DNA from: Perkinsus olseni
Taxonomy: Eukaryota
NCBI GenBank assembly: GCA_013115125.1
Contig: JABANN010000053.1
Location: 1-64,000, forward strand
DNA: 64,000 nucleotides
Direction of reading: 5' to 3'
Below, piece by piece: positions 13,101 through 26,500 of this stretch. The notes beneath the pieces were generated by a model. The model was not told where the DNA came from, did no database searches, and saw nothing but the letters and a program-made list of their open reading frames with translations. The stretch's first letter is position 1; each line of letters begins with the position of its first letter. Position numbers and translations under genes: made by a program.

Positions 13101-16100
13101 TTTGAATTTCTTGTTGAGCTTGTGAATTTCTGACGCAAACACAAGATTTCATGGTGTGTTCGCGCCCGCTGTCATCCGACCCTGCATCAATCGGCCTCCT
13201 GGCCGACAGCTCACTGACTGTGCCCAGCTCGAGACGAGACGCTTAGCCAACACACTTGTGCGACGCACAAGTCAATCTTCATTGATACGAGTCGCACGGT
13301 TTTGTCCGAAAACTGACAGTGGAATTCGAACCGGAGACGTGGGAACTTGCTGGTATTCAACATATCTCGAGTCGCGATTCTCGGCAAGCGCGTTTCCTCA
13401 AAGCTTTCCAATGAGCAAGAGGAGATGGCACACAGGGTGATTCTCGATGCACATATCCCGCGAGCTTTGCCCCATCGTCTCGAACACCTAGTAAGTCCTA
13501 CTTACTAAGAATCTCGCGTGATAAGGCTTGTAAAATCCGCCGGATCTGGAAGTCCATCGCTTCTACGTCTGCGCATAGGATAGGCGGTATTCGCGTGGCA
13601 CCTCGTGGAAGAGACCAATGGCTTACTGTGGTTCTTCCGGCTCGGAAGTTCCGGGAAGTTACAGTGTAACTCTGTATCGTTCGCAGTCATACGTATGGCG
13701 ACAGCCTCGGTCGCCTTGGACACGCGAGGCTTCCCTAGGCTGTCGACGGCCGCGGTCGATGGCCGACCTGAGCGAACCAGTTTGGTCGCTCGGAGAGCCG
13801 GCGCTCCAGCTCCGAGCCCAACCTATTGCACCCACCCCATAGCAGGCTGATGGATGCGCTCTTCAATGGTGGAGACTCAGCACATGGCTCTGATAATTGG
13901 CAGGGTCCCATCGTATCGGTTTGGCACGATATTCTGAGGAGGTGTTTTTAGGAGTAAATCCTCTGTATCTGCGGCGGTTCGTTGTCGTCCGGTGGGAGAT
14001 CGCCAACTAGCATTTCTACCTGCCATGCAACTTCAGATATCTCGGCCTCGTCCTTGGGCTTATGATGGCATTTGCCTTCGGACTCACGATCGCCTTCACT
14101 CGAACGTCTGAAGCGAGAACCAACTTCGAGCTGTTTGTAGGGCTACGCGCTGACGCTGTAACTTGGGTGAGCCCGCGTGCCATTCACAGCCTGTTGCGTA
14201 TCGTGTACTCACTGTAGGGGCACCAATTCCTAACATTTCTTCTTCTCTTTAACAACATGGTCCCGATATCGCTTTACGTTACAGTTGACCTCGTCAGATC
14301 AATACAGGTCAGTTCGGAGTCTTTGCTTTCTGACTCTCGCTCATTCTGTTACGCGATGATGCCGCAGAACGCACTAAGAGACATGATAAGAGCCGCTTCC
14401 CGTTTAGGCGTATCTCATTCAGCGCGACGTCCACTTGAAGGACGGAAAACAGTCAGTCATCGTGAGCGCCTCAAGCCTCAATGATGATCTCGGTCGGGTT
14501 GATTATGTTCTCGCGGACAAGACCGGGACCTTGACGGAGAATCGCATGCTCTTCCGAATGTGCAGTATCGGTGGTGTACGATATGGGGATGATAACCAGT
14601 GGTGTAGAAGAGAGAGCCCACGCTCCACCATCCTTCGATCATTAGGAAGCAGTGAGACGTTCCCCATCGCGGAAAAGAGCTACTTGTACGATGAAGCTTT
14701 GTTCGACCTTCTCGGAGTACCCGCAATCACGAAGCCTGAGGAGGCCTTCGCACATGCGTTCATGCTCACGTGCGCGATATGTAACTCCGTCATTCCGGAG
14801 GCAACCGACAGGTCTCCGATTGGCGTCCGTTTCGAAGGCGCCAGCCCCGATGAGGAGGCCCTGGTTGAGACGGCAGCAAGCGCGGGTTACATCCTCGTTG
14901 AGAGAAACGCTAGCTATGTGACTCTGAGGATATCACGCTCCACTCCTGAACGAAGGGAGCGCCAATTGCACGAGACCACATTCAAAGTTCTCAGCGTCAG
15001 CGAGTTCACCAGTGAACGCAAACGTATGAGCGTCCTCGTCCAAATGCTGAAGGTGGTTGAGACTGATAATGGCGACACAACTCATATTCCCGACCAGAAT
15101 GGCTCAATGCTGTTGGTGAAAGGAGCAGACGATGTGGTGATGGAACTTTCTCGGGGAGGCGTTGAAGGAGATGAATCGATGGCTGTGAGTGGGCTTCCCG
15201 TCCAAGACGTTCGAGAGACAACTGTTACTCATATCCACGAGTTTGCCTCGGCCGGGCATCGGACGCTCATGTTAGCTATGCGTCACCTCGACGAGGCTGA
15301 AACAACTGAATATGTGGAAGCTCTCTACGAGGCGAGGCACGCGATAACGAATCGTGCTGATCGAATCGCTCGGGTTGCTGCGAAGTTCGAGAGGAATCTG
15401 ATCGTACTCGGCGCCACAGCTGTCGAGGACAAGATACAGCGCGGCGTCGTAACTACGGTCGGAAGATTGCTGAATGCAGGCGTGAAGGTCTGGATGCTCA
15501 CAGGCGATCGATGCGAGACGGCGTTGAACATAGCTAGGGCTGCCAAGCTTTTGCCTTTGGATGCGCATGTGTCTGATCTCTGTCTCAAGTGCGAACCCAA
15601 GATGAGTAGTGAAGAAATGGAAGCCGTCGTACTCGACAAGCGGAGAATATTCGAGAAGGATTGTCAAGAGTGGATCGCCCAGGGAAGGGCGGGCCGTTTA
15701 TGTGTCCTGCTGGATGGCTCGGCAGTTTCATGCTTCTCATCAGCACGAAAAAACTTGGGGGTCCTGGCCGGTCTACTCTCGTATGCCGAGACGGTTGTGG
15801 CATGTCGCTGTTCTCCGGCACAGAAGGCGCTCGTTACGCAGTTGTTGCCAACAACACGTGACTGCACCACCTTGGCCATAGGCGATGGAGCCAACGACGT
15901 CGCCATGCTTAAAGTGGCTGATATTGGTGTCGGCATCATCGGTAGCGAAGGCATGCAGGCAGTGAGAGCTTCTGATTATGCCATTGCAACATTCTCTCAT
16001 TTAGAACGGCTGTTGTTAGTACACGGTCGAGATTGCTACAATCGCATCTCCCTCGTCGTACTGTATTCCTTCTTCAAGAATATCTGCCTTATACTCCCAA

Positions 16101-19100
16101 ACGTGTTCTTCGCATTGAGCAACGCGTTCACCGGCACCTCCCTGTACGAGTCCTGGATTCTGATGTCTTACAACGTTCTGTGGACATCTCTACCTATCAT
16201 TGTTGTTGGCGCTTCCGACATAACCCTTCCAAGCTGGGTCGTATATAAGTGCCCTATTGTATATGTTGAAGGGCGGTACTCGAAATCGTTCAATGCCAAG
16301 AAGTTCATTGCATGGATGTTGAGGGCCGCTCTCTGCGCTTCAGTCGTGTATGTCTCCGTCACGATGAGTATGAGATACTCCGTTGTTACACCTAATGGAA
16401 AGGTTACGGGGTTCGCCTGTATGGGCACACTCGCGTACTATTTGGTGGTAGCCGTCGTGAGCGGTATACTCATAGTATTTTCCGGTGATCTGTCACGTCT
16501 TTTCCTGCTGCTCTGTTTCGTATCCGTTACTGCTTTTATACCTATCCTTTTCATCTACTCCCGCTCTGGAAGTCCATGGTCTGAAGCAACTAATGTGGCG
16601 GCTATGCTCTGGAGGGAGACTCCCATTAACTGGCTGGTTCTTGTTTTCGTGCTCGGGGTCTGCGCCTCTTCCAGCATACTCGAGAGATTCTTCACATTCT
16701 CAAGAGCAAAGGCTACACCAGTACAAAAGCTTCAGCGATGGTTAGCAACGGCTCCTGGTCCCTGGATGCGGCGCGGGATAACGCACATCGCTGAAAAGTT
16801 CAAGGAAAGCTTTATTTGCATGCCAGGCCCTCTCACACGTGGCATAAGCGACAGTATGACCGATCAACCTGGGGATGAAGGTGCAATTTTGGCATCGAGG
16901 TCTCAAGCCTCAAGCGTCACGCGCTTGCTTCCCATGGCGCAAGAACTCTGGCGGAACGTATTCAAGCGATTCCCATCAGCGTCGGATACGAGCAGAGAAG
17001 CGAACCAGGACACTTGCTTGCAAACACTGAAGCAAGTAAATCCTAGAACCTTAGAATTCAGCAACCTCGCTACAGAATCTGGCTATCTGGCCTACTTCCA
17101 GACTGAAGCCGTAAAACACAGTCGGCTGTGCATCAAAGTTATCGTCCTGCCCCTGTGGTCTTGGTGGATGTTCAAGGAGTTGGGCAAGCCAGAACAATTT
17201 GCTGCATCCCTTATCCTCACTCCAACCATCGGAGTCATTGCGTACTTAGCAACGATGACCCGACTATTCCGTCGCAACTATAATTTCATCATGTCCGGCC
17301 TGGTTTTATTCCCCACAATTGGATTCTATGTGAGAAGGATGGTCATCGGAGTAGATGATGCTCACGTGGTCGCCTGGATCCCTTTCATAGTTCACATCGT
17401 TGTTCGAATCCCCTTCCCAAGGGCAATTGCCATATCCGTAGTGCATATTGTCTTTTTCGTTCTCATTCACTTTGTGCGTACATTGAAGATCGATCGTGAT
17501 TCTGACATGAGTGGACCAGAACCCCGAGTTTGCGGCTTCGATTTCAATAGCTCCTGCCAGCTGTTAGACTACTTGCCGATGGTGATTGGAATCACAGTGG
17601 TAAGTGCAGCTTTAGGGTACAAAGCCGAGCTCGACCAAAGAAGCCATTATCTGGTCTCACTCAATTCCAAGATCGAGCAATCCCGAAGCAGAGAAGTTCT
17701 GAACAACATGCTTCCAGACTTCGTCGTTGATGCCATCATTGAACAGAATAGGGGCCTCGCGACTCGAAGCAAAGCTGAGTCGCACTCCGTACTCCTCCGT
17801 TCCTTGGGGAGTTCCCGCAGTCCAGGCATGTCAAAAGCGGTATCTGCGTTGGAGATCGGAACCTTCGCTCGACGATGCGGCAACGTGACTGTACTGTTCT
17901 GCGATGTGGCCGACTTCCCCCAGCTTGTCGCTGCCTTAGCGCCGAAGCAGCTCATTATTATGATGCACCGACTGTTCAGCAGCATAGACAAGTTGGTGTT
18001 CATACACGCGCTAACTAAACTTGAAACGGTTTCTGAGTCCTATGTTGTCTGCAGCGGACTCAACCCGGACGACAACTCTGACGATCGTATTGTGTCGACG
18101 GATGCCTTTCGCGCAGTTCTCCTGGGCCTGGATATACTCGATAATACTGCTAGCACGAATATCTCTGTGGACACTGGGTGTGAGGGGAACACCTCAATCA
18201 CTCTGGTTATGAAGATTGGCATCCACACGGGTCCGGTCATTTCTGGAGTCGTAGGCATGAAGAGGCCTCAGTTCTGCATCTTCGGGGACACCATCAACAC
18301 CGCTTCGCGAATGAAGTCTACTGCGATCCCCAATCGGGTTCATCTCTCATCAAGCACGCGGGAATGCTTGGAGTTCTCCTCAAGTATCTTTTTCGAGGAG
18401 CGCGAGGCCTTCATCAAGGGGAAAGGAATGCTGGTCACCTACGATGTTTCTCGAACTTTCGGTTCCCCGCACTCCAAGGATGCTGGAGTGATGTCTCCAA
18501 GAGCTTTGAGAACTAGGCCTTCGACCACCTCACTCGATATATCTAACTTGGATAAGCCAAGGAGGGTCGAGCCGTTCAAGCGGACTTCTGAGACTAGCAC
18601 TCGTACCTCTTTATCGAGTGCATTTGCCTTTCCTGTTCGTGGTTTTGTGTCGGTCTTGAAGCGAATACCCTGGTGGCGTGGAAGAGCAGAAGGGACTCTT
18701 GGCGATCGCATGGAAGGAACTTTCGCCTCACCGGCGGATCCATCGCCTGGGGGAAATTCAAGCTGGAGCGCCGGGTCCCTCGAATTGGACAAATCGCGCG
18801 ATTTGATGATGGCAGTGGAAGCTCTTAGACGACACAGTGAGCGACATGGAACCGCTAAAGAACTTGCCGTTGAGCATACGGTCCTGGGAAAGGACAAGGT
18901 CAACGTCTCCACTTTAGAGTTCCACCAGAAGCCCCACGAGGTTGACTTCCGCACTGATCGCCTCGCGGCGTTCACAACTTCGAGGTGGACTCGGTCGGTT
19001 CTGCTGACACTACTGGTATCGTATTTGATTCAAACCATTGAGCTAGTTGCTGTACCCCAGCAGCCGCCAATCATAGCCTTGCGCCTCCTACTCGCCCGGT

Positions 19101-22033
19101 TAGCCGTGTGTATCCTATTGGTGGTACTCTATGTTCTTTATTCGCTGCAGAGGGCCTTACCGGCGTTTGCTCTGAGACTATTCGCGGTCGGAGTGTATGT
19201 AGTTGGAATCTCGGTCACTTCGTCACACACCGCCCTCTTTATCGACACAAGCACACAAGAAGGTTGTGGGGCCGATGATCCCGCGTGCGAAGCCTTCGAA
19301 TTGGTCGAGGCAGATATACATCCTGCTGCAGTGAAGTGAGTTGAAGACTCAGACACGATGTGTATTCGATGGACTCTGTCTGCTAGCGATTGTTTCGACC
19401 TTGCGACTAACATCTTAGGAGGGACCCCAACTTGCCGCTCCTACTCGGCACGCTGTCCTTGTCAGATATCAGTCATACGCGAATAGTCTCGAACTCGCCA
19501 TGTGGATATTATTGATCAACCTCAACTCTGCGCTTCTGTTCAAGCACCTCGTCTACATCAACATCTTTATTCTCATTCCGGTAGCACTAGCGTGGAACTG
19601 GAGCGACTCCGTGCAGTCTGACCTGGCTTTAGAGGTAATCCCTAATATACATCGTGTCGAATGCACTCTTTCGAAAAGCGTTTCTGCAAGCCACGGCAGT
19701 GCTATTCACCCGAAAGTACTTTCTCATTAACCACACTTCTCGCGCGGTTCTTGAGGTTCTCAATTTCCGTCAACGTCGCACCGTCCGAGAACGCAGTTCG
19801 GAGAACGCACCGTTCACCGTCACAGCTCAACGTCCGAGAATGTATTTGCCCTTCTGAAGAACAGGAACTCTTAACACTCTCAGTCCCCAAATGATCGGCT
19901 CCAATGAGAGATTTCGAATTATTACGTTCATCGGGATCCTCTGGACTGCAGCTCTATACTTTTGTTAACCGGCCTCTGAGCAGACGTCCGCCTTGGCCGT
20001 CTGCTTCGCTCTCGTGGCCGCGATCATGGCTCGGATGAGGGAGTCCTGGGAGAGGAGGATATACCTCACCGACATTGAATACCGGAGCTGGCAGGATCGT
20101 GCTCACCGACTGCTATGTGAATTTATGCCCTCCTCCGTGAGTCCCGGGCTGAATGAACATGTGGTAAGCCCTCTACGTATAGATATCTTCCTCAGGCACT
20201 TGAGGCGTACCTGGCTGATAAATACATCGCATCTCTGTATAAGGATATGACTCTCCTCTTTGCCGACATCTGCAACTACACAGCCTTCGCGAAGCACGCT
20301 CCAGCCGAGCGTGTTGTATCCCTTCTAACCACCTTGTTCTCGCGATTCGACTATCTTTCAGACACCTATACCATCTATAAAGTGAGCTTGATGGGGAGGT
20401 TACCGAATTGTCTTGCAGTTTGAAACTCACACAAGAGTATGCGTGAGGTTTTGCATTCTTTAAAAAACTCTATCGCACAGGAATGTGCGGCCTGCTGATT
20501 ACATATTTTACTCTGAACCTTTTACAGCGAAAGAAGCGCTTGAGGTAGGCAATGCATACTAAAACCTTTCCAGATCAAATGAAAGCCTTTGTCCATCAAT
20601 TTTTTCAGGTATTTCATATAAAATTTAGTCAAATTTTGCCACATAAGTTGATCTTTTGTCACAGCAAATTCAGCTTGCCACGAAGTTGGAGGATTTTATC
20701 GGACTCGGTTTAATCAAACTAGTCAACTAAAACCTTATCGCATCCAAGTTCGAGTACCTGAAAGATGATGAAGAGATCATCGGATCTTCACTACAAGCTT
20801 CGCTTGAATAGATTAACGACGGGTTCAACTTGACCGACAAAAATTTTTGCAGGGACGTGGACCTGTGTACCGTTCGGCACGGCTGTTCGCGTTGTGGTGG
20901 TTTAATGTGCTCGACATAGGGTTTTTTAAATCGACAGAGCGTGAGAAGTGGATGACAATCCGCTTGGAATTAAAACTCGATTCAAGGTACAGTACACTTT
21001 TAAGCTAATGATCAGAGCTCTTATTTGATTGGGAAGTGGTGTAGGAAGGAATGTGAAAGGACTGTTGGGATGCATCCCATCGCTGAGGTGCCGTGATCTC
21101 AGGTACACACTATTGGGGATGCCTATGTTGCAAGCACGGAGCCTAGGGAAGGTGTCAATAAGGTAGGTCGAGACGTAACGCGGCTCTCGGTGCTCCAATC
21201 GAGGCGCTCGCGTGTGAAAAACTGTTGATCGTCCTTGTAAGTGTGGCGCTTGCAACGAGCGATCAACTGGTCGCTGGCTTCACTTGCTGTGGAGTTCCAC
21301 GGCGAAGTCGAGAGGTACTTCTGCATTTGGTAGGTACAATCGGCTGCGAAGATGATAGCATTCGCACAGGCTATGGTCGAAGCCCTCCGTGCCGTTCGAG
21401 AGGAGATGTCGGCGCCAGATCTGGAAATGCGGATCGGCTTGCACTTCGGGAAGTTCGTTGGCGGGGTCATTGGTGAGTTCCGAGCACCGTCGTATCGGAG
21501 TTCCTTCGTGATGTATCTTCACTGCAGCCACGGCGAAGATCAACTATGACATCTTCGGGGTTGACGTGACCATAGCCAACCAAGTCGAGGCGGCTGGTAT
21601 ACCCGGCAAGATAGTTGCATCGAATACTTTGCGAGGGTAGGCCAAGCTGTCAGTCCTCACCTCAGTCCCCGTGCAGCTCAAAGATATTCGAGCGTATTGG
21701 AACTGAGATCATGGGCAGGGCTCCTCGCTTGCTGCAGAACTCGTAGTATTGCTGTTCTATTTTTCCAGATACCTGAACCGCCACTTCCCTAATAAATATA
21801 GATTCCGTCATCATACTTCGATAGAGATACTACTTCCAGATGATGCAAGTGAGTTCCGTTGAAGATTCGTATGATCGGTGATCCGGTCGCAGCAGTGCGA
21901 ATATTTCCGTGCAGGTCTTTCAGAACCTCACCGTCCGACCTACAGCCGTCAAGGGGTTGTTTCCAAACAGCTGCGGGTTTACGAGCTGTCTGTGAATAAG
22001 ATGCAGTACCGACAGTTTGAGACTGTGATCTGA
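10142..22033 (+). CDS. P4-ATPase (flippase)-guanylyl cyclase fusion, copy A (~22 exons; one ~4.9-kb exon at ~14408-19335)
   Basis: Spliced exons give the P4-ATPase motifs [75 protein letters not shown] and GDGAND. These are followed by 6 TM, cyclase domain 1 ([27 protein letters not shown]), 6 TM and cyclase domain 2 ([25 protein letters not shown]). Stop TGA at 22031-22033. The architecture matches apicomplexan and ciliate GCs. Confidence 0.93.
12684..12813. repeat. Three tandem 44-bp repeats inside a large intron of GC copy A
   Basis: Unit GACCGAGCGAAGCAAGCGGAGCATATACTGAAAGAATAGGCACT starts at 12684, 12728 and 12772, with few substitutions and no spacers. Confidence 0.9.
20459..20930. mobile_element. 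Possible MITE-like AT-rich insertion in a GC copy A intron
   Basis: TTTAAAAAACTCTAT (20459-20473) and ATAGGGTTTTTTAAA (20916-20930) form 14/15 inverted termini around an AT-rich interior. The equivalent intron of copy B is about 490 bp shorter. Confidence 0.3.
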
Positions 22034-22588
22034 GATGGATTGTCCTCCGGTTTTGAGGGCATGTTGTGCACGGAATTCGAACACGTACGATAACAGAAGT
22101 ATCTCGAGTTCGCAGTGTCGCCTTTATGTAAATCGGTGTCAACACATCAACGCCTCATCGAAGGTGGACTGTTGTTGGGCGAGTGAAGCAGAAGTTGATG
22201 ATAGCCAGAGGAGTCGGGAATTCGCGGAGCGAAGCTATATCATGTAAAACGCCATTGTTATGAAGAGCGAAAGCATAATATTGTGTACATAATGCTACCT
22301 CTTAGGGACCAGTAGGCGTTCTCCGTAGGAGCTCGCCCGGCCGGGTAATATGCTCTTTTCGCTCCGGCCAAGGCGATCTTCCTTCGGGGTTGTCCCATCA
22401 AGACAGTTGCAACGTCTCGAGTCTTAGCAGCTCGGCTGAAGGGGAGAGCGTAGAGTTGTTGTTTGGACTTCGCATCTCCGACACAGCTGCAAATTTCGAC
22501 GTCAGAAACAGCCGAGCCTGGACCGGAGTCTGCAGACAGCGAATGTTTTTGCACGCCACGTAGCCTTCAGCGCTCCATTTCTCGCCAG

Positions 22589-23395
22589 ATCCCCTTTACC
22601 ACGCATCGCCTATGAGCGTTTATCCCGCCGAACGTATGGGTCTTCCAGCATGGGAGCACTTCCGCCGGGTTGCAGACTTGTGGTTCCTGCTTGTTGGTTG
22701 GAGGACGATACACCCCAGCCACCGAGGGAAATTGCCACCGAGAGTCACGAGGGCCCGGTGTACCCTCTGCGAACTGCCTTAACATTGGAGAGAGAAAGGG
22801 AGAGCTCTTGTCGCGAATCCTACATCCGGGGAGGAGGCACTCATGCCTGACGTCCCTCCCGGAGAGAGTGGTGGGCTCAGAGAATCTGCCGTGCTGACGG
22901 CTGTGTTCTGAGTGAACTACCCCTGATTTTCCCTCGGCGCACGATTTATATCGTTCACATAAACAACGCCATGGAGCACGTTGAATTACGATCGTTTGAG
23001 TTCGTGTGGCTTCTCGAGATGCGCTATTACTGGAGGATGCTCCTGTTGTCTTTTCTAGGTATTTGCCGGATGCGTCCGTTTGGGTTGAGAACGTCGTCGG
23101 AGTGGGCGACTATCGCACCGTTGGTATTCGTTCTGAGCGTGACGATGGTTAAAGACGCAATAGAGGATTACAGACGCTATGAAAATGACAACAAGATGCA
23201 CTGCTCACTACTCATCCCAGCTGAGAGATACAAAAAGTATTCTCATTCCTGAATATATAAAGCTTGGAATTCCTGCTGGGTTATCCGGGATCGGTTCTCG
23301 AATTCATCCTCATCGACAGGTCAGCCGACGTTCATGTCGAGATGGTGAAAATGACGATCGCCGTAGAGGGTGTTCACGGAATTGGTCGGAGCGTG
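22589..23395 (+). pseudogene. Three-exon pseudogene fragment of the flippase-GC N-terminus
   Basis: Degenerate copies of three consecutive exons: 'IPFTTHRL*AFIPPNVW' with TGA at 22613 and a 14-nt insertion; '[45 protein letters not shown]' with its GT donor lost; and a damaged 'VSRRSCR' exon near 23320. Confidence 0.85.
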
Positions 23396-23542
23396 GTAGT
23401 CCACGCTGAGTCGGCGAACTGGAACATCTCCAGATCGAGAGATCTGCTTTGGGAGATGATTCTAACTTCATTACAGCCTGGTCGAGTCGTTGAAATCTTT
23501 CCGACTTAGTCGTTTTGAACCCTGACATAAGTCTCTCCCGTG

Positions 23543-26500
23543 ATGGCAAATCCCGTGGTCGCCGACCGCCCTCCAGATAGAGAGGATGACAGTCTGCCAC
23601 CAAACTCTCTTCCGTGTTTTGATCGTGATTCCCGATCATCATCCGAACCATTTGAATCCGTTACGAACCAGCTGGAGGCTACTGTGGAGGGCTCTACCTC
23701 GCCAGGTGCTTCCTCCCTCCACAGACCGGGGGTTAGCTGTTTTCGGGCTCAGGCGTTACCGGCCGCAGACTTTTGAGTCGATCAATTACCGGGTTCAACA
23801 GAGCTAGGGATTTCGCTCGAGATATGCTGCCCAACATGTTGAGAGGGAGGTGATGATAGATCATGATAATCAACGTTCGACGAAAGTTCATAACTATGAA
23901 CTAGTTCTTTTAGGAGCTCGTCAAGTTCGGCCATCAGCCCGTTTGAGTTCAACGAAGATGATTTCACCTCGGTTTTCTCTAATCGGGACAATGACAACAA
24001 CTCAAGTCGCGGCAGTTCGGCCAAAGCGGATAAAATAGAGTTGTTGTTCGGGCCACACATCTCCGATGCGCCCGCAAACTTCCACGTCAGAAACAACCGC
24101 GCCTTGGCCGAGCTCATGGCGAATGACTCCGACGTCTCAGTGGCGGATCAGTACTGTGTACGGTTGAGTCTTTCAAGTTCGGTCTCCCTTCTCGATAGGT
24201 TAAGCTTGTGCACCTTGGTCTCTTCCGACAAGAGAACCAACTTCCACAATAGAGTAAGGACGAGCGGGCCCGAAGACGGCCTCTCGCTATCAGCTGTTCG
24301 ATCCGCTCTCCTCTCTCTTAGCAGGGTATTGCAGTCTGTAGAGCTCGTATCCATCTAGACCGGCTGGTGGCTCCGCAGACAGCCAGCTCGATAGCTCATT
24401 CTGTCGCGCGCCCTTCGAGATCTCCCCCGCTCTTTCAGATTGCCTCAACGAAGCACCGTTTATATACATTCATCCCCCAGAACCTATGGGAACAGTTTCA
24501 CCGAGTTGCTAACCTATGGTTCTTGCTCGTTGGTGAGATGATAGTGCCGCGTTATAGAGCACGCACATGAGCCACATGGGAGTATGATTGCTTTTCCCAG
24601 GTATTTGCCAGATGCTCCCATTTGACCTGAGTCCGACGTCGGAGTGGGCGACTATTGCACCATTGGTATTCGTTCTGAGCGTGACGATGGTCAAAGATGC
24701 AATAGAGGATTACAGACGCTATGCAAATGACAACAAGGTGATTCGCTCTTGATTCTCCGTAGCAGAAAGGTAGATAGAGTATCTCACTCTTGAGTAATGA
24801 GCTTCGAACGAGGGCTAAGTAATTCGGGATCGGTCATCACCATCAACAGGTCAACCGACGTTTATGTCGAGCGGTGGTGAAGGCGAAGGCCGTTCTAGAC
24901 GACGATCACGAAACTCGGGGTGACCATTCCACTGCCGATTGGGCTATCTTACCCAAAAGTGTTTTCTGTAGGTTTGGAGCTAATCCCCTGGGAGAACATC
25001 ACGGCCGGCTCGATCATATATCTAAGCAAGGGAGAGGAAGTTCCGGTATGCCTTCTTAAATGATCAACCTCGAGAAACCCCTCACTAAGTCATCCCCGCT
25101 GTTGGCATTCCTCAGGCTGACATGCTGCTTGTCGCTTCCAGCGCCTCGGATGGACTGGTATATGTTGAAACAAGTCAACTAGATGGAGAGTCAGCGTTGA
25201 AAGTGAAACATGCTCTCCCCGAGGCACGGTGAGGCGCAGGGAGACGCACTGTGGTTGACATGCTCTCAATTTGCGCCTCACTTCGCTGAAGGTTCCATCT
25301 CTTGGTGAAATTGCAAGAAATTTCATCAGAGGATCATTCGAGTTGCGCTCATTGCCGTTCGTTCGGTTAGGCGTTTGTTCCGTTCCCTTCCGTTGGTATC
25401 CGAGTGCGTCGGGTCGATGACATGCGATGCTCCCAATGGACGCATTAATGAGTTCAACGGCCTCTTTCGACTCAACGGTGGACTCAGAGAGCCTGCGGAC
25501 GCCAAGAATATGGTGAGCCTACTCGCTCACATTCCAGCTGCCGGATCTCCGCTCACACTACTTCGATCTGTAAAAGAAGGAAATGCAACTTACGAGAATG
25601 AGGCCACTAGCCACGTGGCCTAAAAACGTTGGTGGAACTATCACACTAAGATAGCAATAAAGTTTGCAACGAAAAAATGCAACATGCGAAATGTCACTAT
25701 GCCACGCTGCGCGAAAACGGTCAAACAACTGTAGCACTCGTGGATATCGAATGTCGTCGATCCCAGTGACCTCCCGGTGCTTGGCTTCCGCCCACTCCGG
25801 GTAAGTACGGACCGTACTTGGCATCTCTTAGGAAGCAGGCTGGAGAGGGGCCATAGACGGCGCATCTCTGCATTTGTGCCTGCAGAGTGCCACGCGGCAT
25901 TATAGTAGTCTCGCTCTTCACATTGCAACCTTCGTCGTTAGGGATTTTCTTCGGTAAGATACTCCGTGGATCGTCGATACGCAACACGGCGTGGTGTTGT
26001 GGAGTCGCCGTTTATGTTGGAGGAGACACTAAGTTAGCCATGAACATGACATCAGATACGCCAACCAAACGATCCAGAGTGGAGCAACAAATCAACAGGT
26101 GCCTTTTAGTCTCAGTTCGTGGCTTGGATCACGAGAACTGGCTTTGTTTGGCGCAGGGTCGCTGTTTGCTAAGTTTGCTGTCGAGCTTTGCGTGATGGGG
26201 ATGTCATCGGTAGCGTGTCAGTTAGCATCGTCGAGGGGTTCTCCTTCGTGCATATTTCGATGGTTCCATGCATAGATAGCTCCTCGACGATGATTCATTG
26301 TTGGCCCGCCGAGTGATGCTAGATTGGGTTATCTGCAGTCTGTATGATATCAACTCCTCAAGTAACACGAACTTTCGGATGTAACTGAGTAACGCGGTAT
26401 CGTCCTCACCGTACCAAATTGAGGGAATCGTCAGCGCGGGATTCAGTGCTAGGGTGGGAAAGGACGTCTTCGCGGCGCGGCCCTCATTTTAGATACCTCG

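Noticed and set aside
13320..13400. Minus-strand B-box (GGTTCGAATTCC) suggesting a tRNA or SINE in the large intron
   Set aside because: No T-stem pairing or cloverleaf could be built and the A-box match is weak.
14435..19339. The 1634-aa and 1633-aa ORFs as complete stand-alone genes
   Set aside because: They begin at TTG codons inside exons and end at intron-borne stops. Upstream ATPase exons and downstream cyclase-2 exons splice on in frame.
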